A stretch of 64,000 bases of DNA from the human T2T-CHM13v2.0 reference genome, Homo sapiens, in NCBI RefSeq assembly GCF_009914755.1, contig NC_060942.1, one strand, 5' to 3'. Below, one piece after another: positions 42,188-55,960 of the stretch (positions are counted from its first letter, which is position 1; every line of letters begins with the position of its first letter). The position numbers were made by a program, and so were the translations under genes. The notes below the pieces were generated by a model. That model saw only the letters and a program-made list of their open reading frames with translations. It had not been told where the DNA came from and ran no database searches.

Positions 42188-42305
42188 CTATTTCTATGTA
42201 AATAAGTAAACAATAGATATCACTATTTTCATTTATCGATTTTGTTATTTCCTATATAAGTAAGTAAACAATAAATATCACTTTTTTCATTTGTCAATTT
42301 TATTA
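42188..42305. repeat. Imperfect 2-copy tandem duplication, ~59-bp unit
   Basis: TAAGTAAACAATA(G/A)ATATCACT(A/T)TTTTCATTT occurs twice. Confidence 0.8.
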
Positions 42306-43254
42306 TTATTTTGATTTCTTATCTATGAAGATACACTTACATTTTTACTTCTTAAATTTTAGTAAAATGTTAGATTAATGAAAATTCCCCTTTAAAAAAT
42401 CACATATCTATGTTTGGTTTGCAGTCCACTTTGTGTGAATTGTAATAATTTTGTTCATTCTGATTCATAAGATTTATGTAAATAGTGATAAAGTTCTTCC
42501 TTGGGAAACATTGTTTTCTAAGGACAGAAATTTTAACAAAGTAAAGCTATGTTGGGTCACAAGGCAGTTTCTGATTTACATAGAGATAATTATTCAAAAT
42601 TACACACACAATAGAGCCGCTTTTAGCCAAGCTAAAGAAAAAGTCTACTTTATAGGCTTATTACACAAAGGAGAGCAGGGTTTTACTTTTATTAAGTGCA
42701 GACCTGATCTTTGCTCTTGAATATGAATGTGCTCAAGTCTCAGCCTCAATGTTATTCACCATATTCCAGAAGTAAAGACTTTAAATATAGACTGTGATAG
42801 TGAAGAACAAACAACTTAATTATCTGTTCTTATCAAATGGAGCTTGTCACCAAATAAAGCAAAATGAGAGTTAAAAAAAAAATTCAGCAACTGCTTTTTG
42901 GAAATTGTAAATAAGTCTCTTTCTCTCTCTCTCTCCCTACTCCCCCCAACCCCCCATGTCCAGGTATTAGTTCTCATGATTTCTCTCATGATTTTGTTTT
43001 TGTTGGATGCTTCCTTTGTTAAATTTTATTTATATTGTTTCTTTTTTCTAATCATTGCATCTATTTTAATTCATTTATTAGTTGATGACCCTTATATTTG
43101 TAGAAATTTTAGCTGTTCTATGTCTTTCACATGACAATTTTTTTTGAAATAAGTTTTATCTGAAATTTGTCAGAAGCTCATGAGAAAGAAAATATCTCAT
43201 TTTATACCATTGTATATGATTTTATTATGGTCTTCCCTTAAGGAAGATCTCCCT

Positions 43255-43265
43255 CACACAAATAT

Positions 43266-43300
<35 letters not shown>

Positions 43301-43310
43301 TGCACACACA
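43255..43310. repeat. (CA)n microsatellite
   Basis: Directly visible. Confidence 0.9.
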
Positions 43311-46300
43311 ATCTCGCAAGAGCAAAATCGAGACGAGTTACTGATTAGTAAACTAGAAAGTGAAACATAATTTCTCTATTAGCATGGTTCCATACTATCA
43401 GTGCTCAAGTTATCTTTTCTATAAAATGTCATTCCTCTGGGATGAATGACCGCCCATAATCCAATTATATTTCAAAGTCACAGTTTCTTTTAAAATATTT
43501 AATAGGTTGATTTTTAAAGTTGAGGAATAGTTATGGAAACTTTTTACTGTTAGCCTTTACTCAAACTACACAGCTTGAGATTTAGTTTCTAAAATAAAAG
43601 TAACATCATGTAATTTTACTGTATACAGTTAGTAATATAAATAAAGTGTGTGATAAATGTTCCATATGTATGCTCCACATGTGTGCATATTAGAAAATGT
43701 TAATTTTCTCCCCTAGAAGAATATTTTATATATTCTACATCATGCTTCATTAAATTATGGGTAATGATAAAGTATATGTACATTTTATAAATTACACTTC
43801 AAAGGAAGATTATGCTAAAACTCAAATGTCTGCATGCTTATTACGCAGTTGTCTCCTATCCAAATTTTATTTGAAGGTTAGTTTTCTAATATAATTCCAC
43901 AGCTAGGACTTTAAGGTCATCGTAATGGTAGAGTTGAAAAAAAAGTCTTCCACTCTTGACAGATGCAAAGGAAAGAGAAAGGAAAAAGCTAATTTAAATC
44001 TTATATAAACACACGTTAAAATAAAATAAATGGTTTTGGGGATGGTATACAAGCAACAAAATCAGTTTTGATATACCAAGTTATGAGAAAAAAAATCAAA
44101 AAGAATGCAGCTGTCATTTTGAATTATAGCCAAATAATGTTCTCTTCTCACTTTGAAAAAAAAAAAACTACCAAACAAAGAAGAGTGTGATGTGAGTCTG
44201 AAATGGTGAGAATTAGAGGTGAGAATTACCAAAGTTCCATAAAAATGGGGTTATCTAACATTTTAAAGCATTTGCAAAGGACTGTCTTAATATCAGAATT
44301 TGAAGAAAAATACTGCTACTGTATTCTAATTTTCCTTACATTATGGATTCTAGAATTTAATTTCCAGGGCATTGTACAGCTGCATCCATTACCGAACCTT
44401 ATCATAATTATGAGACGAAAAAAATGCACTGTCAACAATTGTCTGTATGTGATGAGGCACTTATATTCTGATGTCTGGTTACCTTCTGCTTGTTAACCTT
44501 GTCGTGGAGGGCCTCTCTCCACGACAACCAAATGCAATCCACCAACCAAATGCAATCCACAGTAATTACTATAATTCAGCGGAGATATGTAGTCACTTGA
44601 GGCTGACCGTTTTACCCCCACAATCAACCTTCTGCAACTCAAGGAGAACACAACTATGGCCGGGCTCCGACAAATTAGGCATGAACAAATGTTTCACATT
44701 AACTGAGTTAAAGGACCTTGCTGAAAATTACAAGGGCTGCTTAGGAAAGCAATGAGTCCCATTATGGAAGTAATAGGTCTCAAAGCAGGCAGCTTGTTAG
44801 AGATTCATCTATAGTTGCAGGATGTAGACACCTTAGTGAAAGCGTCTCTGACCTGGACACTTTCAGACTCTGGGATGGTGATGGCAACACGGTCCTCTCT
44901 GGGAGATGTCATCAAAATCAGAAGCTGGAGACACCTCTCCTGAAATGTAATTAGAAAATTCAATGCTGCTTTTGCACTATCTCAAGCAATTTTACCATGA
45001 AAAATGTGAAAGAAAACAACCCTACACTTCACTCAGTTTAAAATCTCTCCATCTTCCTGGCAATACCTGATTTGAATTCATAGACTGCACATTACAGGCT
45101 ATGTGTGGACATTTATACCTACAACAGGAATTATTTCCACATAACGATAAATAGACCTGAGATACGAGCACTTCTAAATAAGTGTCTTTATGGAATATAT
45201 TATTTCAATATGCATTTTCCTCTCCTCCCCCTTCATTGGGATGTGGGTTAGAGGTTCCTATTCTTTAAACACGAATGAGGCTGGGCAGCACTCCATTTAC
45301 CTCTTTTTCCCCCTGCTTTAGTGATAAGGTAATTCATTGGAAATACTGCTTCAACTATACCTTGTAATATTTTCTAATGCCTTGCTTTACTCTGAAAGAG
45401 TGCAAAGATTTATTCAAGTTCATTGTGTGGTGAAAAAAAAAATAAAATTGAAGTTGAGAGAGCAGAAGAAAAGATATAGGTAACATTCCCACATAAATAT
45501 GTTGTTGATAAAGGAGTTTAACAGAAAATGGAGTCAGCAGGGGCCTGGACCATGCACCATCTTTATAAAATATAAGGCAACTCACCACTACCATCCTGCG
45601 TTTTACAGGTATCCATTAAGGGAATCTTTTTGTGTGAATAAACGGCCTGTAAATTCAAGTTTTTTATGTTCTATTTTTTGTAGTTTGACTTTAAAAGGTT
45701 CCTGTTTGATATCTTGTATCTTGTACTAACCATATATTTGTAGGGTGACTAAATATACTAACCATATATTTGTATGGTGGCTAAATTTTTTAAAAATGGT
45801 AAAATGGAGAAAAAAGAATTGATTATATAAGTGATCACAAATTTATCAGTTCCCCATTGGATATAGGTTATATAGTCTATACTTACGAATCTCTTTTTCT
45901 TTGGATCTGTGTACCTTCTTAGGTGAGCAAAATCACCCAGTTTATCTTCCTTCTCTCACCTGTTTGTAAAAAAAAAATCTTCCTGTGAAGAGATTCGTAA
46001 ACTGCATTGAACTTATGTGTCAAAGTTTGAATAATGGGGAAAGTCTTTGTTCATAAATATAGTTGATGTAAATACATCATGTAGTTGCAGGTTTAAATAA
46101 ACAACCCACAACTAAACTGATAACTATAAAATATACTAATAGTAATTTATTATTAGAAATCAAAGATAAGAGTAATTAAAAATTGTGGCATACTCAAAGC
46201 ACACTGATGACACTCAAATACTAAAATTGCCACTATCCTGAGCCTACATTTATAGGAAGAAAAATGCACCTTTCTTAACAGAATATTGAAGTTGAAAAGT

Positions 46301-46799
46301 ATCTGGTAATATACCAATTTCTACTATAAAATACTTGTTTAGAGGCTAGCCAGTTAGTAGTCTTTATTGGTACATAAAATTGTAACTCTATGGAATTGTG
46401 CATTGTTAAATGCTAAGAATTAGGGAAGGGATTTGCATTTTAGATGACCTTTGGGTCACCTTTTAGACACGCAATATACGTTCAGAATCAATGTATCTCC
46501 AAACCATGGAATCTTTGGATAATTGTTGTAACTTTGAACCAGTTATTTTGACATCAGGTAAAAATAACCATTCTGTTGTTTCTACTTATCACTTATACAA
46601 AAATAAAATGCGAAAACAGTTAGTTTTGTTACACTATTAAATCTCCCTAAGATGGGTCATTTCTTTCATTCAGGTGTGCTTTCATTCCCCTCTGTGAGAC
46701 GTTGCCATTTATTTCATAAGTAACACACATTTTCTGTTAAAGTTAAGTGTGTATATTTTAGGCTCATTAGTGTTGTTGCCAGGTTCATTATCAAACTGG

Positions 46800-47480
46800 T
46801 TATTGTTTGTTTGTAAAATTATTCAATTGTGCATTTCCTAACTTCATAACCAGCAACCATTCTGAATTTTCCACTGTATTTCTTTTCTGAAAGATTTTTA
46901 GAGATGACTGGAGTTCTACAAAAATAATATACATACGTACAGTTTTAGTTTCCTATTTGCAATATTTGAAGCACTTATTTCACATTTTATATTTGTAATT
47001 ATATTTTAGATAGCATTTCAAGAAAAGTTAAATCAATGGACATTAATGTCTTACTCCTGACTTTATATTCCATTATTTATAATTATCTTCTTTGCTGTTA
47101 TGTATTTTATAACTTATTGAGGAAATATTTATTAATTTCTATATTTTATAATGAGGTTGCTAAACTTCTTAAAAGGTTGTTTGAGAAATAATACATGCAT
47201 TTCAGAACTTTCTGTACTATTTTATTCTGACCTTTTGACAAGGAAAAACACATCAGTGAATTTTAAATTTTGAACTATTCTTACGTGCATGGAATGATGA
47301 TAAGATTAATTTTGGAGAAATGATGAGCTCATTTTCATTTGCAGGTGGGAAACTTGGATATGTCAGGCAGAGAACCCAATTTTTGTGCAGGAGGAGAAAG
47401 TGTGTAGTTAGGAAAGATGGGCATATGTTAAAATTAGACCTACAGTAAACTTTTAAAGATGTCATTTATGTATATATATT
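46800..47480 (-). mobile_element. Highly decayed L1M fragment
   Basis: CCAGCAACC.TTCTGAATT..., TGTCTTACTCCTGACTTTA, TTGAACTATTCTT.CGTGCATGGAATG. Confidence 0.45.
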
Positions 47481-48073
47481 CATGTAATTTCAACATGCTA
47501 TTTATATTTAGATCATTTCTATCTTTTAAAGTCTACTATTCCAAGGAAACATTCAGAAATCACACAATTTTTTTCTCTCTTATCGCTAGAGTAAATGTAG
47601 GCAATTTAGATTCCACTGCCTTAGAGCCACCTGCATCAGTCTTTGTTTCAAAGATGAAGACTTTTAGTAAGAGTGGAGGAGCATTCATTGAAGCAGTAGC
47701 AGCTTCACCTATATGGTCTCAGAACACTTCTCATTAAAACCATTTGAATCTCTTCCCTGGGGACTTTTCTCCTCTTGTACCAGATGTGCCCCTCCTTCCC
47801 ACAGAGGGGGTACATTAAGGTAAATATGGTTCATAGAGAAATCTTGTGTTTAGTGATTTTTTTCTTGCAGTAAATGATGATGATGATGATGATGATTTTT
47901 TTAAAGCTAAACTTGCTCAGTTTCTACCTATCTAAAGTTATCTGTCTCTTTCTCTTATTCTCTAAGAATTTCTCTAGCCTGTACCCTATAAAGAGTGTGT
48001 GACTACTCACCTTTTTCAATTTTATTTTGCCTGCCACTCTTTGGCATGTAACAGATTTTAGTTAAATTCCCAT

Positions 48074-48543
48074 TGATGCAGGTAGGCAGGCCAGCCCCAT
48101 AGTTGGGGCTTAGCCCAGGAGGGTGCTTGGCTTTGCCCAGGAAAGAGTTCAAGGGTGAGCTGATGTTAAACAGCAATCTTTTATTGAACCAGAGCTACTC
48201 CTTGCAGAGCAGGGCTAACTCATAGGTGGTGCATACAGAGCAGCAATTGTGCACTTGTGGACTGTTGGCAACTGTATTTACACCCACTTATATCCACTGT
48301 TATTTACATGCAAATTAAAGAGTGGGTTAATGCAAATTAAAGAGCAGGATATTCAGAATTTTCTAGGAAGGGGGCAGTAACTTCTGGGTTTGTAAACTAT
48401 CAAGATGCTGGTGGAAGTATCTTATACTAATGAACAATGAGTGCAGCTAGGGATCATTTTTGTTGCCATCTGTTTGTTTTGACTGTTTTTTTCACTTCAT
48501 CCTGTCAGGATCAGGAAATAAGTTCTGCCAGTCTCCCACCTCA
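48074..48543 (-). mobile_element. 3' LTR (MER66-like)
   Basis: TGATGCAGG...CTCCCACCTCA (TG...CA ends). Shares AACAGCAATC, TTACATGCAAATTAA, TTTCTAGGAA and GCAGCTAGGGAT with 55982-56503. The minus-strand PPT GAAGGGGGAA is at 48544-48553. Confidence 0.88.
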
Positions 48544-48614
48544 TTCCCCCTTCAGAGATCAGATACTCCTCCATGAAGTTAAGGGGGCTGCAGAATAGCA
48601 GAGGCCTATCTTCT

Positions 48615-50230
48615 CTAATTTTTTTCTTCCGGGTTTATAAGCATAGGCCCTGCTTAGGAATGAAGGAGTAAAAATCTCTGGATACCTGATTTAAGGGACC
48701 CAGTAGCAGGATGTTTTCATTCTCTAGGTCAGAAGAAGGGAAGGATTGGAAGCCTTCTGCTAGCCTTGTCTTTATATGAAATTGTTGGAGTCTAGAAGAC
48801 CCAAACATTACAAGGAGTTAAGCAAGAGCCAAATTTTAGTAGTAAAAAGATAGCTCTTGAAGGTCCTAGGAAGGGTAAAAACCAGGTGACATTAGTGAAA
48901 GCACTTTTGATAGTGGACCAGATGTAGTGGGGGCGAGTGCCCTGGTTATATCTATGTAACCAGGTGGCTTGCTTATAGATCTTTTGGATGTTAACCTTAA
49001 TTTGTCTATAGTGATTCATATAAATGCAGCAGGTCTTATTAATAACTTCACAGACTCCACCCAGTTCAGCTAGTCAATAATCCAATGTCAGTCTGTTGTC
49101 AAGGACTACATTTACCAAATAATCTAGGGATCCTTGAAGTTCCTTTCATGCTTGACCTGTGCTGGTGGCCAATAATATTAGAGCTTTTGTCAAATTTCTT
49201 AGGGGTGACTCATGGTAAGTAAAGTCACTCCAAGGGGATGCTGGTCCTATTGATGCCCTAATTCCTGCCAGAATTAATCTTATTAATCATTTATTTTTAT
49301 TTCTGGGTATTATGGGTTTATAGATGGTGACCCCCAGAGAGGCAATGGTGGCCAATGTATATTTACCCCTGTTTCGAGTTTTTAATATGCAAGGGATGAC
49401 AACTCTTAAAGAAATAGGTGGCTCTTGAGGGAGTCAAGAGTGGGTACAGAGTGGAATTTCTTCCCACTCATGGCCACAAACAAAAATGAGCCCAGTTGGC
49501 ACACAAATTAGGCCCTATTGAATGTGATGTCTCTCTGCTGAGCCAAATTGGCTCTCTATAGATATTTTTCCCTTGTCCAATGGTGGTAGTTGAACAATCT
49601 TTGTTTTCTAGAAGAGGGCAATGGTGGTAGTTGAGCAATCTTTGTTTTCTAGAAGAGGGCAGTACTCCCACCTTCCCATATCAGGCGGTTGTTCTCTGGT
49701 GCATGTTTTGATCCAGGAGGAGGCACGATGTACATTTTCCTTGCGTATAAGTAGGATTTTATTTATCTCCTTGTGGTCTTGGGAATTTATCCACTAGGGC
49801 AAGGAAGCTTTCTCTTTTGTGTATTCACACAACAATGAATACAAAAGATAGTATCATTACTGCACTGAAGATATAGATACCCGACTTCCCAGGTCCAGAT
49901 AATAGTGGTGTTGTGGATAAGGTGGAATCCTTTCAGTGGGAGAGACTTCCTCTTAACAAATAGGGTTCTGGGTAATTTGGGATCACCATGATTAATGAGA
50001 AGGTCTGGAGAGAAGGTCATGAGATTTTCCAGATGTGCCAGGAAGTGGAACTCTATTTTGGGGATAGAGATATGCCAAATGTGGAAGAAGGTTGATAATA
50101 GATCCAACATCCCTGAAGATGATTCCCTTTATGAATGCTATAAATTCTGAAACATTTATTATGAAGTCTTTTCCCCCTCCTACACTGTATTAGGTTAATT
50201 GGAGAGCAAGAGGATTAGTAGAGGCAGCAT
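48615..50230 (-). pseudogene. Decayed gamma-type env, ERV-V (ERVV-1/2)-like
   Basis: Manual translation gives GNHLQGCWI (SU start) and CVPTGLIFVCG. It continues GVTIYKPIIPRNKNK*, fusion peptide LILAGIRASIGPASPWSDFTYH, ISD VVLDNRLTLDY*LAELGGVC and CX6CC (CEVINKTCC). It ends IQKIYKQATWLH..IWSTIKSAFTNVTWFLPFLGP and SRLQQFHIK. Multiple stops and frameshifts. Confidence 0.88.
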
Positions 50231-50399
50231 GGTGTCTAGTTGGTCCTTAGAGTGGCTTCTATTCTCAAAGAGGACAAAAGAGGTGTTTCCCTGGAGGAGG
50301 CAGTTTGCCAGAACAGTAGAAAAGGAGAAGAGAAAAATTAATGCTCCTGTGCCCACACACAACATCATGCTACTTATTGTACACCTGAGAAAAAAACAG

Positions 50400-50548
50400 C
50401 TTTAAGTCTTCTTGGGATTCACATGTGTAGGTCCTGATATCATCCTGTCATGCCTGTGGGGACTCATAAAAAACTGTTTTACCCCAGACAGGTGTACCCA
50501 CCTAGTGATTCCCTAAAATCTAACAGAAGTGGGGATCTCTAACAATAC
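50400..50548 (-). pseudogene. Remnant of the pol integrase C-terminus
   Basis: The minus strand translates VLLEIPTSVRF*GITRWVHLSGVK, matching the gammaretroviral integrase tail motif VLLxTPTAVKxxGxxxWVHxSRxK. Confidence 0.7.
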
Positions 50549-50925
50549 TTTATTAGTCCATTCTCATGCTGCTAATAAAGACATACCTGAGACTGGGTAA
50601 TTTATAAAGCAATGAGGTTTAATTGACTCACCATTAAGCATGGATGGGGAGGCCTCGGGAAAATTACAATTATGTAAGAAGGGGAAGCATTTATGTCCTT
50701 CTTCACATTGCGGCATCATGGATAAGTGATGAAGTGCTGACCTAAAGGGGGAAAAGCCCCTTTATGAAACCATCAGATCTTGTGAGAACTCACTTACTCT
50801 CACAAGAACAGCATGGAGGCAACTGCCCCTGATTCAATTACCTCCCATCAGGCCCATCCCACTACCCATGGGGATTATGGGAACCATGGATGAGATTTGT
50901 GTGGGGACACAGCCAAATAATATCA
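50549..50925 (-). mobile_element. THE1D/MSTA-like solo LTR nested in the ERV
   Basis: TATTAGTCCATTCTCATGCTGCTAATAAAGACATACCTGAGACTGGG...GGGGACACAGCCAAATAATATCA. Confidence 0.9.
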
Positions 50926-51166
50926 CATAGCTTACAGGAGGCTTTCCAATTTGGTTGTAAATGATCCTCAGGGGATTTTTCCTTCCATGTTTTATTAAGG
51001 CAAATTCTTGTGGAAGGAGCCAACACTTTATTTCCATAGTATTGAAGGGCCTTTGGAGTCTGGCCTAAATTTTAAAAGTCGTCAGAGTGAGGCATGTCAG
51101 AATGACTATTTCTATCAAGATCTGAATTAGTTTTTCAGGATTTCATAGCTAATTAAATGTTATAGG

Positions 51167-51526
51167 TGTATTAGTCCTTTCTCGTGCTGCTAATAAAGAC
51201 ATACCCAAGACTGGGAATATGTAAAAGAAAGAGGTTTAATTAACTCACAGTTCTGCATGGCTGGGGAGGCCTCAGAAGACTTATGATCATGGTGGAATGC
51301 ACGTTTTCACAGGGTGGCAGGACAGAGAATGAGTGCCCAGCGAATGGGGAAGCCCCTTATAAAACAATCAGATCTCATGAGAACTCACTCACTATCACAA
51401 GAACAACATGGAGGAAACAGCCCCATGATTCAGTTGTCTTAACCAGGTCCCTCCAAGGACACATGGGGATTATGGGAACTATAATTCAAGATGAGATTTG
51501 GGTAAAGATATAGCAAAACCATATCA
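51167..51526 (-). mobile_element. Second THE1D/MSTA-like solo LTR nested in the ERV
   Basis: TGTATTAGTCC.TTCTCGTGCTGCTAATAAAGACATACCC...GATGAGATTTGGGT...CAAAACCATATCA. Confidence 0.9.
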
Positions 51527-51930
51527 CTAGAGCAGATGAATATGGGGGGAAAGCAGGCATTCATTAGCCGTTAAAACCTTTAAAAGCAACATAAGTATCA
51601 AAACCAAAAGTCAAAAATAAGGTTACATATCAAGAGAAACCAAGAGTATAGAATCAAGTAATACTGAAAAAAATTGCTTTTATATACCTCTAAGATAAAA
51701 TATTTCAGCATCAGACCACAGCAACAGTTATAGCTGAAGGAGAAAAAAGATATAGAAGCTGACGATAATGCTGAAGGAGAGAGTTATTATCTCAGACCTT
51801 CTACAGAGGGAAAAAGTTCTGAAAGCAACAAGACACAACAATTGAACTTTTAGATATGAATCAGAGAAATGTTAAAAGAAACAGATTATAGAATTGAAAA
51901 CTGAATGATACCTTAAAAAACTCGTTTTAA

Positions 51931-52252
<322 letters not shown>

Positions 52253-53229
52253 CAAAAACTATTCTTTAGAAAGAATATTATAAACAATTTTCTTTTAATT
52301 ACACTGATTTCTTTCATAAGATCCCCTTCATAGACCTTACTATCATCTACACAGGCTATCTATGACATACTTGGACTTTTTTACTTGCCCTCTACCAGCT
52401 CTTTTTAAAGAAACTAGTCATTTTATTCTAGGATAAGAATTTATCAGAAAAGATTATTTCTCACATAAAATTGTTCTTCACATCTTTTGTTACTAAAAAT
52501 ATATATTTATATCTATAATTTTCTTCACATCTCTCTTTTTTACTCACAGGTTCCTTCACATTTCATGAGACTCATTACACAGATTTATGATTTCAAATCA
52601 AACAAAATGGTCACCTTTAAGGATCCATTCCATTCACATGCATTTAACTCTTTCTCTTTCAAAAGTTTTATTTAGACCACCTCTGAGAACCCAGATACTA
52701 TGCAAAGCTAGTTACCATTCAAAGGTGTTTTAAACATTCACACTAACAAGTTCAGACTAGTCCCTTTACCCATATATTACCAAGTCATATACAATTGCTT
52801 ATTTGTTTAGTTTATCAGTGCCTTTTAGATGTAAGCCAATTTGACAGTATACACAATATATGTATCTATACATATTCACATAATATCTATACACATTACC
52901 CAATAAAGTGAACCATACAAGATAATTGGATTCAAATTATTCACAAAATTGGTATGTGTCAACTTGGCTAAACTTTGTTTTCCCCAATAGGTGTGAGAGA
53001 CAGGGAAAAGCAGAGAAGGGGATCCCATACTACCAAATAAAGAGGGGAAGGGTAAAACCACATTGCTTAAGGGGAGACCGTGATGGCCCTGAGCCATCAA
53101 AGAATCTATCCAATGGCAGAGACACTCAGAAAAAGTGTTTGGGCCACTTGCCTGCTGCTTCAGGAAGGTGTCCTTCAGGTCAGGAGTGGAGTTCAGGACC
53201 CCAGTAAATGCAGCTCATTGAATGGCAAG

Positions 53230-54637
53230 TGAAAGAAGGTTAGCTGTAGTATTGTCGGGCAGAGCTTTTTTTTCTCTTACTAAGAACGGTTAGGACATTC
53301 TCATTGCCAGTGGCCCTCTGACTCACAGTAGGCACACTGATTCTGGTCCAGGGGGCAGTGAGTTTGAGGCTTTCAACTGAGCAACCCGGACATAGGTCTC
53401 AAGAAACTTCCTCAGTACAGGTAACCCAGAGATGGGGAAGGGGCTTAAAGCAGCTGCTAACAACTGCACTTTTGGCTATTTCTCGCTTCCTCAACTCTGT
53501 TTCTATTGTTCTAAACTCCAAACGCTATGTTTCAGGGTGGGCTGATAGGGGTTTGAGGACCCATTGCTGTGTTTTTTAGCTTCCTGCTAATGTCAGGGGC
53601 AGATTGAGTAATAAAATGCATGCCCAGGAGGTTGTTTGGGCCTTGAAAAACAGTGGGATTTTTGGCTCTCCCCTGAGTTACTTCTCTACTATTTTTATAA
53701 TTAGCTTAATCTCACACTTTAAAAAATATTTTCTATTTAAAAAGTTGCTATGTGGTTTCTGCACTCAAATCTTCCGAAACCCCATTGGTTATCCCATTGA
53801 GGGTCCATACTTGGAACCGCATCTCCCCCAAGGTGATAACTGGCATGGCCATTGTTATGTGCAGCCACTCCATCTGCAGATTCATGGGTGGCACTCAGAA
53901 TTCTCCTCTTCTCCTCCACAGACAGCAAGTCATGCCAAGTTAAATCTAAGAACATGACAACTTAACAAACTCCTCTATAAACTTCCCTGGATTATCTGAA
54001 AACCTGCCAAATTTGTCCGTGAGAAACACCAAATCAGATTTAGAAAATGGCACATGTACTCTAAGTTTTCATCTCCATCAGCTACCTCCCACAACGTACA
54101 AGGTTTGATTTTAGGTGCTGATATGGAGCCCCATTCATGATGGTACAGTCTGGGCTTACTTCCTTGGGCAACAGGGGTATAGTCTGTGGCTATTTGGTTA
54201 AAAGGGAAGTGTGCCTAATGACCCTGGGGTGGAATCTTGGATTAGATAACTGGGAGTACTCCCCTTAGAACTGGGTGACTGAGGAGTCTCTGAGGAGGAT
54301 ATGAGCCTTCTAGGAACAGCATCATGGGAGGATCCCTTAGAAACAGCTTCTCAGTGCCTAAAAGTAACATGAGGCAGTAAAGGGCAATACAAGGTTTACA
54401 TATGGGACCTCTACTCATTTCCCCTCTTTATTACAGATTAAGTTCAATTGCAAAACACTATTATGATGTAAAGAACCATTCTTAGGCCTAATTTTTGATC
54501 TCCCAATTTGTATTACACTGAAAAGGTGTTGGTATAGAAAATGAGTTTCTTTTTCTTTGAGCGGATTTGAATTTGCTCCAATTGCCTAAAAGACACTCTA
54601 GTGGCAAGTCCTCTGGAATGCTCGCCATTGTCTCCAT
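53230..54637 (-). pseudogene. Decayed gag (MA, CA, NC)
   Basis: From the ATG at 54637: METMASIPEDLPLECLLGNWSKF...KKLIFY, then SVLQLNLICNKEGK*VEVPYV. CA: VPFSKSDL..KFGRFSDNPGKFIEEF and ORF 53737-53955 DLTWHDLL..EEKRRIL..AVPSMDPQWD. Zinc knuckle CAYCESEGHWQ*EC at 53295-53336. Confidence 0.88.
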
Positions 54638-55960
54638 GTCTAACAGGAATCTTTACCAGGAATTGAATTTTTTAAGGTCTAACAAAAGGAAAAGCAACTG
54701 GGCTCTTGTTATTTTTTTCTGTTTAGATGTTTACCTCCTGTAGAGAAGGTATAAGTACAGGTAGCGAAGTGTTAGACAAACGGAGTGTGAGATACAAGCA
54801 GGCAGTAGAGTACAGTGCTCGCTGGTGAGCAAAATGCAACAAAAGGAATATTTTTACCTAGCGAAGTATAAAAGGAAAAGTGAAAATAGAGTGACAGGAC
54901 CCTAGGGCAGCAAACAGAAAAAGGCAAGAGCAAAATTTCCCTGGAGTGGGCCTGGAACCTACAATCCTAGAAGGAATGCTAAGGTTGAAAACCCCGGAGC
55001 ATCCAGGGGACTGCCAATGATGCCAAGTGCCAAAAAGCCTGGATTACCCAAGTGCTGGACAACTAGAGTTCCCACACCACATGCCGAAACCCTGGAGTAT
55101 CCAGGGGCAACCAATGTTGAAAACCCTGTGGGTTTCAGCATTTTCAACCCCGAGGGGCAGGCAATAGCATACCCTAAAGGCCTGGTTGGGGTGACAGAAC
55201 AATGTGATTCTGACATCCCAGAGTCAACACAACAGCGACCTCACAACCAAATGTCCTGCTTTAAATAATTACCCAAATACAGTTAGCTAGGAGCTAAAGC
55301 AAAACAAAACAACAAAACAAAACAAAACAAAACATGATGCAAACAAAACATACATTTCAGAGCAAAAAATGAAATAAAATAAAATGACTGATGGAAAAAA
55401 TGAAATGGCATTTTAAAAAAGACTGAGAGAAGAGGAAAAAGTATATATTATAGTTGGTCAGATATGCTAAAGGGGACTTTGAATTGATTACCTGGCCAAA
55501 CGCCTTATTTTCTGGCTCACCCAATGTTGATGCGAGGAGGGTCAGTGGGGACACTCACCCATCTGCTGGAGCCAAATGGAGATGACTGGTTTGTAACTAG
55601 GCCCCTGGCTTGGATGAGTTTGGCTGCCACAAGGGAACTCGTGTATACTCTTGCAACTACCTGGCCAGAGTGCTGTGTCTCACATGAGATTGTACTGTGG
55701 CTGCTCACCATTCTCCCTGCTCCACTGCATGTCAGCAAGTATGACAGCTCTTAAAAGAGCCTTGGTTACTGTTTCAGCTCTGCAGGGTTAGAAGATCTTT
55801 ATTGTTAAAGTCACTATCTCTTGACATCTACCTGTCAGATTTCCATCTCCGTTTCTTGCCATCAAGCTGACTGTCATCTCACTGTGCCGATCACTGTCTT
55901 GCCGACTCACTGATGGCTGTCTCACCATCTTGTCATCTTGCCCCATTTCTCACTATATTT

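Noticed and set aside
49787-50110. 107-aa ORF in the env SU region as a possible functional truncated Env
   Set aside because: It lacks a linked signal peptide and an intact CWxC motif, and is surrounded by stops and frameshifts.
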